Shown: positions 1 through 9,599, counted from the stretch's first letter. The stretch: DNA of 32,000 bases from Geobacter sulfurreducens PCA (GCF_000007985.2 NC_002939.5:690001-722000), one strand, 5' to 3'. The notes: generated by a model from the letters alone, not told the origin. Program-made: numbers and translations.

Positions 1-682
1 AACTGTCGTACGTCAGCATGCGTCCCGTCAGCAACTCCCCTACTCCCATCACGTGCTTCAATGCCTCCGTCGCCTGCAACGACCCTATCACTCCCGGTAA
101 TACTCCCATTACACCTGCTCGCGAACAACTGGTTGCTATCTCCGACGAAGGCTCTTCCTCAAAGAGGCATCGATAGCATGCCGACCGGTGGGGATGCACT
201 GTCATGGTCTGCCCTGCGTAGCGCAAGATACCCCCATGCGAAAATGATTTGCCCGCACGGACGCACGCGTCGTTGATCAAGAACTTTGAGGCAAAATTGT
301 CGGTGGCATCGATTACGAAGTCATAGTCGGCGAGTATGGTCGGAAGGATAGCATCGTCTACTCTCACCGGGTATGTTCGGACTTGGACGTCGGGGTTCAG
401 TTCGCACATCGCTTCACGTGCCGATTCGACTTTGAGGCGGCCGATGCCGGCAGTGGAATGGATAATCTGGCGTTGAAGATTTGAGAGTTCGATTCGATCC
501 GAGTCGGCGATGCCGATGGTTCCAACACCGGCGGCTGCCAGGTAAAAAGCTGCCGGTGAGCCGAGACCGCCGGCGCCGATTACGAGTACTTTACCGTTAA
601 GGAGCTTTTCTTGTCCTTCCGGGCCTACTCCCTCAAGAATGAGGTGGCGAGCATATCGCTCTTGTTGATCACTTGTAAGCAT
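1..682 (-). CDS. ThiF/MoeB-family adenylyltransferase (E1-like), N-terminal ~227 aa; the C-terminus runs off the window
   Basis: Absent from the ORF track because there is no stop in the window. My minus-strand translation from the ATG (complement of 682-680) gives MLTSDQQERYARHLILEGVGPEGQEKLLNGKVLVIGAGGLGSPAAFYLAAAGVG...DATDNF..KFLINDACV...CYRC. This shows the GxGxxG dinucleotide fold and the CxxC typical of MoeB/ThiF. An SD GAGGGAA lies about 6 nt upstream. Confidence 0.85.
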   Translation of the reverse strand, partial: MLTSDQQERYARHLILEGVGPEGQEKLLNGKVLVIGAGGLGSPAAFYLAAAGVGTIGIADSDRIELSNLQRQIIHSTAGIGRLKVESAREAMCELNPDVQVRTYPVRVDDAILPTILADYDFVIDATDNFASKFLINDACVRAGKSFSHGGILRYAGQTMTVHPHRSACYRCLFEEEPSSEIATSCSRAGVMGVLPGVIGSLQATEALKHVMGVGELLTGRMLTYDS

Positions 683-704
683 GCGGTTCCCTCGGGTGTA
701 ATGT

Positions 705-735
705 AAAAAGGCCCCACCCGTTCAGGAGTGGGGCC
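705..735 (-). terminator. Rho-independent terminator of rpoH
   Basis: Stem GGCCCCAC(710-717)/GTGGGGCC(728-735), followed on the minus strand by TTTTT (709-705). It lies 19 nt after the rpoH stop. Confidence 0.8.
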
Positions 736-753
736 GTGAGTGTGACGAAATGG

Positions 754-1608
754 TCAGACCGGTCGCGTCTCTGCAATAATGGGGATAAGATATGATTTAA
801 TTTTACGGAGAGCAGCCTCTTCAATTTGGCGCACACGTTCGCGGGAGATCGAGAATCGATCGGCGATCTCCTGAAGGGTGAGCGGAGTATCGGCTGTCAC
901 GCGCTGCTCGACGATAAAACGCTCCTTCTCGTTAAGTTTGCCGAGAGCACCGGCGATATGCTGCTTGAGCAACTCGGACTCTTGGAGTTCTGCCAGAGTG
1001 TCCTCTTGGTTTTGCCGCTCGTCAGCCAGTGTTTCCAGGATGGTGAGTCCGTCGCCATTCTTGATTTCTGCGTCGAGGTAGAAGTCACCGCGCATCCGCT
1101 GGTCCATTTCGAGGACCTCGGACTCTTTCACGTGGAGCGAGGTCGCTGTTGCTTCGATGTCGTCGGTGCCCGTGAGCCCTTTGATCGCGTTTTTTGCTTG
1201 ATTCAGCTTGAAGAACAGCTTCTTCTGCGCCTGGGTGGTGCCTATCTTCAGGAGGCTCCATGCCGATATGATATGGTTTTGTATATATGCGCGGATCCAC
1301 CAGACCGCATAGGAGATAAGACGTATCCCTTTGTAGGGATTAAATTTACGTACTGCCATCATCAGACCGACGTTGCCTTCCTGAATGAGATCGAGCATTT
1401 TCAGTCCATAGGAACGATACTCGGCTGCGATCTTGACAACGAATCTAAGATTCGAAGTGATGAGAGAGTGGGCCGCTTCCAGGTCCTTGTCCTCGTAAAA
1501 TTTAACAGCAAACCGGTATTCCTCCTCAGGAGTGAGGACGGGAAATTTTCTGATTTCTCTCAGGTAGACGGTAAGGCTATCCGCTACAACAGGTAAGCTC
1601 ATCGACAT
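754..1608 (-). CDS. rpoH: RNA polymerase sigma-32 (heat-shock sigma factor RpoH)
   Basis: Sigma-70 family regions 2-4 are present (DLIQEGNVGLMMAVRKFNPYKGIRLISYAVWWIRAYI). An RpoH-box-like segment QAQKKLFFKLNQAKNAI is present. The C-terminal HTH is LTLQEIADRFSISRERVRQIEEAALRKI. The track ORF starts at GTG 1623, but that GTG overlaps a GGAGG SD serving the ATG at 1608 (MSMSLPVV...). Confidence 0.93.
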   Translation of the reverse strand: MSMSLPVVADSLTVYLREIRKFPVLTPEEEYRFAVKFYEDKDLEAAHSLITSNLRFVVKIAAEYRSYGLKMLDLIQEGNVGLMMAVRKFNPYKGIRLISYAVWWIRAYIQNHIISAWSLLKIGTTQAQKKLFFKLNQAKNAIKGLTGTDDIEATATSLHVKESEVLEMDQRMRGDFYLDAEIKNGDGLTILETLADERQNQEDTLAELQESELLKQHIAGALGKLNEKERFIVEQRVTADTPLTLQEIADRFSISRERVRQIEEAALRKIKSYLIPIIAETRPV

Positions 1609-1633
1609 ATGCGCGCCTCCCACCGTGATGTTA

Positions 1634-1660
1634 TTAGCACTCGGTACGTCTGAGTGCTAA
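1634..1660 (-). promoter_or_regulatory. CIRCE operator (HrcA binding site) in the rpoH promoter/5' UTR
   Basis: TTAGCACTC-N9-GAGTGCTAA is an exact match to the CIRCE consensus. The arms extend to 12 nt (TTATTAGCACTC / GAGTGCTAATAA, 1631-1663). The element lies 26 nt upstream of the rpoH ATG. Confidence 0.88.
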
Positions 1661-1661
1661 T

Positions 1662-1690
1662 AATGTAACAAGTAGGGTGTTAAAAATCAA
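1662..1690 (-). promoter_or_regulatory. Sigma-70-type promoter candidate for rpoH
   Basis: The minus strand reads TTGATT (1690-1685), N17, TACATT (1667-1662). CIRCE starts directly downstream, the classic HrcA-repressed promoter layout. Confidence 0.5.
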
Positions 1691-1894
1691 GCGGGTAGGT
1701 AGCCCATTTCTTCCTTGATAGATGAAAGCCCTGTTGGCGTATGATGGGGCACAGGGTGCCTCCGGCAGACACACCGAGAGCGATCTGCCTCATGGCTGGC
1801 AGCGCAAAACATCTTGCCGCGTCTGGGATGCTGTGATAAACCGATTTATATAAACTGAGCCGACGCTTGGCGCTGGCTAACGGAGGTCCTGAAG

Positions 1895-2968
1895 ATGGAA
1901 ATCAGAGTTGCACCACTTCCCGCTGAGCAGAAGAAGCACAAGGCCACTGACGAAACAGCTCTAGGCTTTGGTCGTCTTTTTACCGACCGGATGCTTGTTG
2001 CCGAATGGAAAGTCGGGCAGGGCTGGGTCGATGCGCGAATTGAGCCCTATGCTCCGTTTTCGCTGGATCCTGCCTGTGCGGTATTTCACTATGCCCAGGA
2101 GATTTTTGAAGGACTCAAGGCGTATAAGTGGGCGGATGGTTCCATAGCACTCTTTCGCCCTGAAATGAATGCCCGCCGCTTCAATCATTCAGCAGAGCGT
2201 CTCTGCATGCCCGAGGTGCCGGAAGATCTTTTCATCGGCGGCATCGAGCAACTGGTGGCGCTCGAGCGCGACTGGATACCGGCCTCCGCGGGGACTTCCC
2301 TGTATATCCGCCCCGCAATGATTGCCGTGGAGCCGGCTCTCGGCGTGAAACCTGCCGATCATTACTACTTTTTTGTGATTCTTTCACCGGTGGGCGCCTA
2401 TTACGCCTCTGGATTCAATCCGGTGAAAATCATGGTGGAAGACCAGTATGTCCGCGCCGTGCCCGGCGGCACCGGTGAAGCCAAGACAGGCGGCAATTAT
2501 GCTTCGTCGCTCAGGGCCGGCCTTGAGGCAAAAAAGAAGGGGTTTGACCAGGTCCTCTGGCTTGACGGGGTCCACCGTCGCTACATCGAGGAGGTTGGGG
2601 CTATGAATATGCTGTTTGCCTACGGCAAGACCATAGTCACCTCGCCTCTCACGGGCACCATTCTGAACGGCGTTACCCGCGACTCGGTTCTGAAACTGGC
2701 CGCGAGCCGCGGTTACACCATTGAAGAGCGGTTGATTGACGTGAACGATCTCATGGCCGATATTCGTGCCGGCAAGGTGACCGAGGCTTTCGGCAGTGGC
2801 ACTGCCGCTGTCGTCAGTCCCGTTGGAATCCTGGCGTACAAGGGCGAGAGCGTGACCGTAGGCGACGGTGGCGTAGGGCCGATCACCCGGGAACTCTATG
2901 ATACCCTTACCGGCATCCAGACGGGCCGGATTCCCGACACCTTCGGCTGGACCCGCAAAATTGCCTGA
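1895..2968 (+). CDS. ilvE: Branched-chain amino acid aminotransferase (class IV PLP enzyme)
   Basis: 357 aa. Family-typical segments are FEGLKAYK, GGTGEAKTGGNYASSL, EEVGAMNMLF and LNGVTRDSV. An SD GGAGG lies upstream of the ATG. Confidence 0.92.
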   Translation: MEIRVAPLPAEQKKHKATDETALGFGRLFTDRMLVAEWKVGQGWVDARIEPYAPFSLDPACAVFHYAQEIFEGLKAYKWADGSIALFRPEMNARRFNHSAERLCMPEVPEDLFIGGIEQLVALERDWIPASAGTSLYIRPAMIAVEPALGVKPADHYYFFVILSPVGAYYASGFNPVKIMVEDQYVRAVPGGTGEAKTGGNYASSLRAGLEAKKKGFDQVLWLDGVHRRYIEEVGAMNMLFAYGKTIVTSPLTGTILNGVTRDSVLKLAASRGYTIEERLIDVNDLMADIRAGKVTEAFGSGTAAVVSPVGILAYKGESVTVGDGGVGPITRELYDTLTGIQTGRIPDTFGWTRKIA

Positions 2969-2977
2969 TTGTGCCAA

Positions 2978-3010
2978 GGAAGGCGGCGGCAACGCCGCCT
3001 TCCCTTTTTT
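2978..3010 (+). terminator. Rho-independent terminator of ilvE
   Basis: 11-bp perfect stem GGAAGGCGGCG / CGCCGCCTTCC with loop GCAA, followed by C then TTTTTT (3005-3010). Confidence 0.85.
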
Positions 3011-3027
3011 CGTCACATTCTGTTGCC

Positions 3028-3237
3028 ATGGCAAATATGGAGATTGCTCCGGACACCCTAGCGAAGGTCACCATGAAACGGAAGCCCGAAGCCAATAAGC
3101 TCTGTCTTTCCTGCCGCCGCCCGTGCAAGCAGGCCGCTGCGGTTGTCATTTCCTCCTGCCCCCGCTACTATCCCGGTCCCAAGATTAAGCGGGAGAACTG
3201 GAAACAGTTGGAGTTCGACCTTATTTCGCTCCACTAG
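3028..3237 (+). CDS. Small hypothetical 4-Cys protein (69 aa)
   Basis: This is the track ORF 2971-3237 trimmed to the first ATG after the ilvE terminator. The product is MANMEIAPDTLAKVTMKRKPEANKLCLSCRRPCKQAAAVVISSCPRYYPGPKIKRENWKQLEFDLISLH. Third-codon-position GC is about 70% by my count, which is coding-like. No family is recognised and no obvious SD is present. Confidence 0.4.
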   Translation: MANMEIAPDTLAKVTMKRKPEANKLCLSCRRPCKQAAAVVISSCPRYYPGPKIKRENWKQLEFDLISLH

Positions 3238-3284
3238 CGGTCCGTCAGCATCCATCCTCCGCCGAAAACCTTCTCTTACCCGTC

Positions 3285-3314
3285 CTTGACTTCCTCCCCG
3301 GGCGTGCCTATGTT
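3285..3314 (+). promoter_or_regulatory. Sigma-32 (RpoH)-type promoter candidate for clpB
   Basis: CTTGAC (3285-3290), 16 nt, CCTATGTT (3307-3314), compared with the E. coli-type sigma-32 consensus CTTGAAA-N13-17-CCCCATNT. It lies about 30 nt upstream of the clpB ATG. Confidence 0.5.
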
Positions 3315-3343
3315 TTCCTTGAAACAGGAAAGGAGAGCGCCCA

Positions 3344-5941
3344 ATGATCAGACCTGAGAAAATGACCATAAAGACCCAGGAAGCCTTGGCCGGAGCCCAG
3401 CAACTGGCCGCACGGCAGGGTAATGGCTCCATCGAGCCGGAGCACCTTCTGGTCTCGCTCCTTGAGCAGGAAGGGGGGCTCATTGCCCCGATCATTCAGA
3501 AAGTGGGAGGTGCACCGGCCGCACTGCGGAGCGCTGCGGATGTGTTGGTGAAAAGGCTTCCCCAGGTGAGCGGGGCCACGGCCCAGGCCTATCTGTCGCC
3601 GGCCCTCAACCGGATTCTCGACGCGGCCCAGCGCGAAGCCGATACCATGAAGGATGAATTCGTCTCCACCGAGCATCTCCTCCTCGGCTTCTTTGCCGAC
3701 CGGCAGTGCGCGGCAGCCCGGGCGCTTCTTGATGCAGGAGTCAGCCGGGATAACGTCCTGGCGGCCCTGATGGAGATCCGCGGGGGAGAGCGGGTTACCG
3801 ACCAGAACCCCGAGGATACTTATCAGGCCTTGGCCAAGTATGCCCGCGACCTGACCGATTTGGCCCGTCAGGGAAAGCTCGACCCGGTTATCGGCCGCGA
3901 CGACGAGATCCGGCGGGTGCTCCAGGTGCTGTCCCGGCGAACAAAGAACAACCCGGTCCTGATCGGTGAGCCTGGGGTGGGAAAGACCGCCATCGTGGAG
4001 GGGCTTGCGCAGCGGATCGTCTCCGGTGATGTGCCTGAGACCCTCAAGGATAAGCGGCTCGTTGCTCTCGATATGGGTGCGCTCATTGCCGGTGCCAAGT
4101 ACCGCGGTGAATTCGAGGAGCGCCTCAAGGCGGTCATCAGGGAGGTGGCCAAGTCTGAGGGCAAGGTGATCCTGTTCATCGACGAGCTTCACACCTTGGT
4201 CGGGGCCGGTGCTGCCGAGGGGGCCATGGATGCGTCCAACATGCTCAAACCGGCGCTTGCCCGGGGAGAGCTCCACTGCATCGGTGCCACGACGCTCAAT
4301 GAATATCGCAAGTACATCGAGAAGGACGCGGCTCTTGAACGGCGGTTCCAGCAGGTCTATACCGGCGAACCGTCGGTTGAGGACACTATCGCGATCCTGC
4401 GCGGGCTCAAGGAAAAGTACGAGAACTATCACGGCATAAGGATCAAGGACAGCGCCATCATTGCGGCCGCCACCCTGTCGGACCGCTACATCACCGACCG
4501 CTTTCTCCCCGATAAGGCAATCGACCTGATCGATGAGGCCGCCTCACGTTTGAGGATCGAGATCGATTCCATGCCTACGGAAATCGATGAGGTTGAGCGG
4601 AGGATCATTCAACTGGAGATCGAAAAACAGGCCTTGCTGCGGGAGAGCCAAGATCCTCACTCTCTGGAGCGGCTGAAAAAACTCGCCGACGAACTGGAGG
4701 AACTCAAGGCTAAGTCGGCCGAGCTCAAGGGGCACTGGCAGCGGGAGAAGGATATCATCGGCCGGGTAAGTTCGCTCAGGCAACGGCTCGAAGAGAAGAG
4801 GGAAGAAGCGAAAAAGGCCGAGCGCGAAGGCAATCTGGCCCGGACGGCTGAGATCCGCTACGGTGAGATCCCGGCTATCGAGAAAGAAATCGCCGACAGG
4901 AGCGCGGAGCTGGAGGATATCCGCAAGGAAGGAAAGATGCTGCCGGAGGAAGTGGATGGCGAGCTGGTGGCCGAGATCGTTTCCCGGTGGACCGGTATTC
5001 CGGTTTCCCGCATGATGGAGGGCGAGGCGGACAAGCTGGTGCATATGGAGGACCGGCTGATAACCCGGGTCGTCGGCCAGGATGAGGCACTCGTCCTGGT
5101 GGCAAACGCCATCCGCCGGGCCCGGTCCGGTCTCTCGGACCCCAATCGCCCTATTGGCTCGTTCCTGTTTCTGGGGCCCACCGGTGTCGGCAAAACCGAA
5201 ACCGCCAAGGCCCTGGCGGAGTTCCTGTTCAACGACGACCAGGCCATCGTTCGCATCGACATGAGCGAGTATCAGGAAAAGCACACCGTTGCCCGACTCA
5301 TCGGCGCTCCGCCGGGCTATGTGGGATACGAAGAAGGGGGGCAGCTTACCGAGGCGGTCAGGCGGCGACCCTATTCCATCGTCCTCTTCGACGAGATCGA
5401 AAAGGCTCATCCGGAGGTCTTCAATGTGCTCCTCCAGGTGCTGGACGACGGGCGGCTCACCGATGGGCAGGGGCGTACTGTCGATTTCCGCAACACGGTC
5501 ATCATCATGACGAGCAACCTTGGTTCCCAATGGATTCAGCAGTACGGTTCCAGCGACTACGCACGCATGAAGGCCATGGTCACCGAGACGCTCAAGGAGG
5601 GATTCAAACCAGAATTCCTCAACCGCATCGACGAAATCGTGATCTATCATGCGCTTCCCCTTGAGCAGATCAAGAAGATCGTCGATATCCAGGTGGAATG
5701 TCTGAAGCAGCGACTCGCTGATCGGCGCATCGTCCTTGAACTGAGCGACAAGGCCCGGGAATACCTGAGCCGCGAGGGCTATGACCCCGCCTACGGTGCC
5801 CGGCCCCTCAAGCGGACGATCCAGCGAAAGATCCAAGACCCGCTGGCCCTGGCGCTTCTGGAAGGAAAGTTTCAGGAAGGGGATACGGTCAGGGTCGACC
5901 TGTCCGTGTCGGGGGAGGAGCTTGTCATCACGAAGAAATAG
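3344..5941 (+). CDS. clpB: ATP-dependent chaperone/disaggregase ClpB
   Basis: 865 aa. There are two AAA+ modules with Walker A motifs GEPGVGKTA and [10 protein letters not shown] long coiled-coil middle domain is present ([19 protein letters not shown]...). The N-domain start [15 protein letters not shown] is family-typical. An SD AGGAAAGGAG lies 6 nt upstream. Confidence 0.97.
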
Positions 5942-5965
5942 TTTCGCCACCGATTAGAGCGCATC

Positions 5966-5997
5966 AGCGGGCTTCATTCCTGAAGCCCGCTTTTTTT
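5966..5997 (+). terminator. Rho-independent terminator of clpB
   Basis: Stem AGCGGGCTTCA / TGAAGCCCGCT followed by TTTTTTT. Confidence 0.85.
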
Positions 5998-6049
5998 GTT
6001 TCAGGGTGCCTTGAGAGGCGTTACTATTGGCAGTACCTGACTGGGCGAG

Positions 6050-6886
6050 GTGATCAGCGTGACGGCACGACGGATATGTACGATAGCAAGGGCATTAGTG
6101 GCAGTCATTGTTCTGCTTGCCGTGAGTCGGCCGGTGACAGCGGTCGAGGCGGGAGAGGGAGGCGACGACGGTTATGCCGCTCTGCGGCAGCGCGTGGTTG
6201 AGCGATTTGCCGGACGAGCACCGACCCAGTGGGGCGAACGGGTTGCAGGTGTTATTACGCATCTTCGGTCTGGCACCAATGGGGTTGCCCTGACCCTGGA
6301 CGCCTGCGGAACCGCCCGGGGCAAAGGGATCGACAGCCGCCTTATCGCCTTTCTGGAGCGGGAAGGAGTCCCGGCAACCCTGTTTGTCACTGGTCGCTGG
6401 ATAGAGGCAAATCCTGGCGAGTTCCGGCGACTGGCCGCAAACCCTCTGTTCGAGATCGCCAACCATGGCGACCGGCATCGCCCTGCCTCGGTCGCGGGGC
6501 GGTCGGCCTACGGTATTGCCGGCACGGCCGATGTCGCCGCACTGGTTGACGAAATAGAGCTCAATGCACGCCGCATCCAGGAAGTGACCGGTCGGAGACC
6601 CCGATTCTTCCGTTCCGGGACCGCCTACTATGATGAGGTTGCCGTGGAGGTCGCCGGCGTTCTTGGGCATCGGGTGGCCGGCTTTTCGGTCCTAGGTGAT
6701 GCCGGGGCAACCTTCTCTGTCGAGCAGGTCCGACGGGCGTTGCTGGCGGCGACACCCGGTGATGTGGTTATACTCCATATGAATCATCCGGAGAGCGGAA
6801 CCGCCGCCGGCGTTGAGGCTGCAATCCCCCTGCTGCGGACCAGGGGGCTGCGGTTTGTGACTCTCTCGGAGGGGATGGGTGACTGA
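6050..6886 (+). CDS. Secreted polysaccharide deacetylase family protein (NodB-homology domain)
   Basis: The N-terminal signal-like segment is ALVAVIVLLAVSRPVTAVEA. Family-like segments are VALTLDACG, FEIANHGDRH and ILHMNHPESGTA. The start is uncertain: the GTG at 6050 abuts the SD, and the GTG at 6059 has better spacing from GAGG. Confidence 0.75.
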   Translation: MISVTARRICTIARALVAVIVLLAVSRPVTAVEAGEGGDDGYAALRQRVVERFAGRAPTQWGERVAGVITHLRSGTNGVALTLDACGTARGKGIDSRLIAFLEREGVPATLFVTGRWIEANPGEFRRLAANPLFEIANHGDRHRPASVAGRSAYGIAGTADVAALVDEIELNARRIQEVTGRRPRFFRSGTAYYDEVAVEVAGVLGHRVAGFSVLGDAGATFSVEQVRRALLAATPGDVVILHMNHPESGTAAGVEAAIPLLRTRGLRFVTLSEGMGD

Positions 6887-6961
6887 GGTGATTTCCCCTT
6901 GCGTTACCCGGGCTTTTGCTTTACAAAAAAATCTTTCCATTTTTCCCCAGGTGGATGCGAC

Positions 6962-7801
6962 GTGAAGAAGCTGACGCTCAAGGCCCCGGCCAAGGTCAAT
7001 TACCGCCTCGACGTTCTGAGGCGGCGCCCCGACGGCTACCATGATTTGCGGATGATCATGCAGCGGATCGATCTCTGTGACGAGATAGAGATCTGCCTCA
7101 CGGACGGGCCCGGCATTCGGGTGGTCTGCGGCCGCGAGGGGGTGCCTGATGGGCCCGGCAATATTGCCTGGCGCGCTGCTGACGCCCTGCTCGCCCTGTC
7201 CGCCGACAAGCCTGGTATTGATATCTCCATAACCAAGAAGATTCCGGTGGCGGCCGGCCTGGGAGGCGGAAGCAGTGACGCGGCGACGGTGCTCATGGGG
7301 GTGAACGAGCTGCTGGGACTGGATCTGCCCGAAAAGCGTCTCCGGGAGATCGGCGTCACCCTCGGCGCTGACGTGCCGTTTTTCATCTTCGGCCGGACAG
7401 CCCTGGCCGAAGGGATCGGCGAGGAGCTGACCGCCATCGACCGAGTGCCCGCCGCCTGGATTGTGGTGGTCAATCCCAATGTTCCCGTTTCGACGGCATG
7501 GGTCTATCAAAATTTGCAATTGACAGGTGAGGCCGCCAGGGTTAAAATTCCCCGTTTCTTCGAGAGTGTCGCGGAGGTCTGCGCGATTCTCTCCAATGAC
7601 CTTGAATCGGTCACTATCCCGCGGTATCCGGTTATCGGCGAGATCAAGCGTGAGCTTCTCGCCGCCGGGGCGCTCGGTTCCCTCATGTCGGGAAGCGGGC
7701 CGACGGTTTTTGCACTCTTCGAGGAAGAGGACGCAGCCGTTCGAGCCGCCGAGATGATGCGCGCGCGGAGTTGGTTCGCCGCAGCGGTCAGGACAATCTG
7801 A
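6962..7801 (+). CDS. ispE: 4-diphosphocytidyl-2-C-methyl-D-erythritol kinase
   Basis: The GHMP-kinase motif [14 protein letters not shown] is present. The family N-terminus is [24 protein letters not shown] trimmed the start to GTG 6962 ([11 protein letters not shown]), which has an AGGTGGA SD 6 nt upstream. Confidence 0.9.
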   Translation: MKKLTLKAPAKVNYRLDVLRRRPDGYHDLRMIMQRIDLCDEIEICLTDGPGIRVVCGREGVPDGPGNIAWRAADALLALSADKPGIDISITKKIPVAAGLGGGSSDAATVLMGVNELLGLDLPEKRLREIGVTLGADVPFFIFGRTALAEGIGEELTAIDRVPAAWIVVVNPNVPVSTAWVYQNLQLTGEAARVKIPRFFESVAEVCAILSNDLESVTIPRYPVIGEIKRELLAAGALGSLMSGSGPTVFALFEEEDAAVRAAEMMRARSWFAAAVRTI

Positions 7802-7856
7802 GCGGAGCCGTGCCGGCTATGCGGAAGCCCGGGCAGGCACGGCACATACGGCACGT

Positions 7857-7931
7857 TGGGGTGTCGCCAAGCGGTAAGGCACCGGATTTTGATTCCGGCA
7901 TTCCAAGGTTCGAATCCTTGCACCCCAGCCA
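7857..7931 (+). tRNA. tRNA-Gln (anticodon UUG), CCA encoded
   Basis: The manual cloverleaf has acceptor TGGGGTG/CACCCCA, D arm GCC-AAGCGGTAA-GGC and anticodon stem CCGGA/TCCGG. The anticodon loop is TTTTGAT (TTG). The T arm is CAAGG-TTCGAAT-CCTTG, with discriminator G plus CCA. Confidence 0.93.
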
Positions 7932-7996
7932 CTTTACCCACTCATTTCCATCCGGCTCGTCCGATGGAAATTATTTTTTGTGGCAAGGCAGCGGTC

Positions 7997-8941
7997 ATGA
8001 ATCAGAAAATCAGGGTGTTCAGTGGCAATTCCAACCGGAGCTTGGCGGAAAGTATCTGCGCCAACCTGGGTCTTCCCCTCGGCAAAGCCAACGTCAAGAC
8101 CTTTTCTGACGGCGAGGTCATGGTGGAAATCGGCGAAAACGTCCGTGGGCGCGATACCTACGTGGTGCAGTCCACCTGCGCCCCCACCAACAACAATCTC
8201 ATGGAGCTCCTGATAATGATGGATGCTCTGAAGCGCGCGTCGGCGGCAACCATCACGGCGGTGATCCCCTATTACGGCTACGCCCGGCAGGATCGCAAGG
8301 TCGCGCCCCGAACACCCATTACGTCCAAGCTGGTGGCCGACCTGATCACCACCGCCGGGGCGGACCGGGTGGTAACCGTCGACCTCCACGCGGGGCAGAT
8401 CCAGGGATTCTTCAATATCCCCGTTGACAACCTCTATGCCGCACCGGTTATCCTCGAGCACCTCAAGCAGCGCTTCCCCGAGAACTCCATCGTGATGGTT
8501 TCCCCCGATGCTGGTGGAACCGAGCGGGCACGGGCCTTTGCCAAGCGCCTCGGTTGTACGCTGGCGGTCATCGACAAGCGCCGGACCGGACCCAACGTGG
8601 CCGAAGTGATGCACCTTATCGGCGATGTGACGGATAAGACGGCCATTATTCTCGATGACATGATCGACACGGCAGGAACTCTCACCCAGGCTGCCCGCGC
8701 GCTCAAAGAGCACGGTGCCAAGACCATTTATGCCTGTGCCACCCACGGCGTCCTTTCCGGCCCGGCCATAGAGAGGATCAACAATTCCGACATCGAAGCG
8801 GTAGTGATAACTGACACGGTTCCCCTTGGCGACAAGGAGCAGCAGACCAGCAAGGTAAAGGTGCTGTCCGTGGCCAACCTTCTTGCCGAGGCAATCCGGC
8901 GGATTCATGAGGATGAATCGGTAAGCTCGCTGTTTGTGTAA
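7997..8941 (+). CDS. prs: Ribose-phosphate pyrophosphokinase (PRPP synthetase)
   Basis: The track ORF 7856-8941 overlaps the tRNA, so I trimmed it to [20 protein letters not shown], a Prs-typical N-terminus. Family motifs are [18 protein letters not shown] and DDMIDTAGT. Confidence 0.93.
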   Translation: MNQKIRVFSGNSNRSLAESICANLGLPLGKANVKTFSDGEVMVEIGENVRGRDTYVVQSTCAPTNNNLMELLIMMDALKRASAATITAVIPYYGYARQDRKVAPRTPITSKLVADLITTAGADRVVTVDLHAGQIQGFFNIPVDNLYAAPVILEHLKQRFPENSIVMVSPDAGGTERARAFAKRLGCTLAVIDKRRTGPNVAEVMHLIGDVTDKTAIILDDMIDTAGTLTQAARALKEHGAKTIYACATHGVLSGPAIERINNSDIEAVVITDTVPLGDKEQQTSKVKVLSVANLLAEAIRRIHEDESVSSLFV

Positions 8942-8981
8942 TCTGGCGACCATAACGTAACGACTGATACTGGAGGATGTA

Positions 8982-9566
8982 ATGGAACAGAAAACGATGA
9001 GCATAGAACTGAGGGAGAAGAACGGCAAGGGCGTTGCCCGTAAGCTCAGGGCTCAAGATGTTGTGCCCGGCGTGGTTTACGGCAAGGGGATCGAGCCGGT
9101 TTCCGTCAAGGTCGCTGCCAAGGATCTCGCCGCAACCATCGCCGGCGAGGGGGGGCTCAACAGCCTCATCACCCTGTCGGGTGGCGGCAGCCTCAACGGC
9201 AATATCGTCATCGTTGCCGATATGCAGCGCAACCCCCTCAAGGGTGACATCCTGCACGTGGATTTCCACCGGATTTCGCTCGACGAGAAGGTAAAGGTTC
9301 ACGTGCCTCTGGTTATGGTCGGAACCGCCGCCGGCGTCAAGGAAGGCGGGATGCTCGACGTGGTTACCTACTCCCTCGATGTTGAGTGCCTTCCGACGGC
9401 GATTCCCGAGGCCATCAACGTCGACGTTACCAATCTTGCCATCGGCCATTCCATTCACGTGAGCGAGCTTGTTCTGCCTGCCGGGATCAAAGTGCTCAAT
9501 GACCCCGAGACTCCCATCGTGAGCATCCACGGAAAGGCAAAGGAAGAAGCTCCTGCGGCGGAATAA
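8982..9566 (+). CDS. rplY: 50S ribosomal protein L25 / general stress protein Ctc (long form)
   Basis: 194 aa. Family-like segments are RKLRAQDVVPGVVYGKG and LKGDILHVDFHRISLDEKV, plus a C-terminal domain. An SD GGAGG lies 5 nt upstream. Confidence 0.9.
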   Translation: MEQKTMSIELREKNGKGVARKLRAQDVVPGVVYGKGIEPVSVKVAAKDLAATIAGEGGLNSLITLSGGGSLNGNIVIVADMQRNPLKGDILHVDFHRISLDEKVKVHVPLVMVGTAAGVKEGGMLDVVTYSLDVECLPTAIPEAINVDVTNLAIGHSIHVSELVLPAGIKVLNDPETPIVSIHGKAKEEAPAAE

Positions 9567-9599
9567 CCCCGCCGCACGGCTTCACGCCGCGTCGACCAC

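Noticed and set aside
3318-3347. A second sigma-32-like pair, CTTGAAA-N15-CCCAATGA, right at the clpB start
   Set aside because: It would start transcription inside the coding region, downstream of the well-supported SD and ATG at 3344. That ATG gives the family-typical ClpB N-terminus.
3794-3796. Internal translation start for a short ClpB isoform, as at Val149 of E. coli clpB. An SD-like GGGGGAGAG precedes the equivalent Val.
   Set aside because: The equivalent codon here is GTT, which is not a start codon, so the E. coli-type internal initiation cannot be inferred from sequence.
7856-7996. 5' extensions of track ORFs. The prs ORF starts inside the tRNA-Gln gene. Others are rplI from 12838, the ABC ATPase from 21385, the MCP from 28811, the DUF3108 gene from 16629, RluA to 15961 and the cytochrome to 14744.
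   Set aside because: The extensions overlap upstream genes or RNA or lack coding character. In each case an internal ATG or GTG gives the family-typical N-terminus or signal peptide, usually (not for prs or RluA) preceded by a clear SD.
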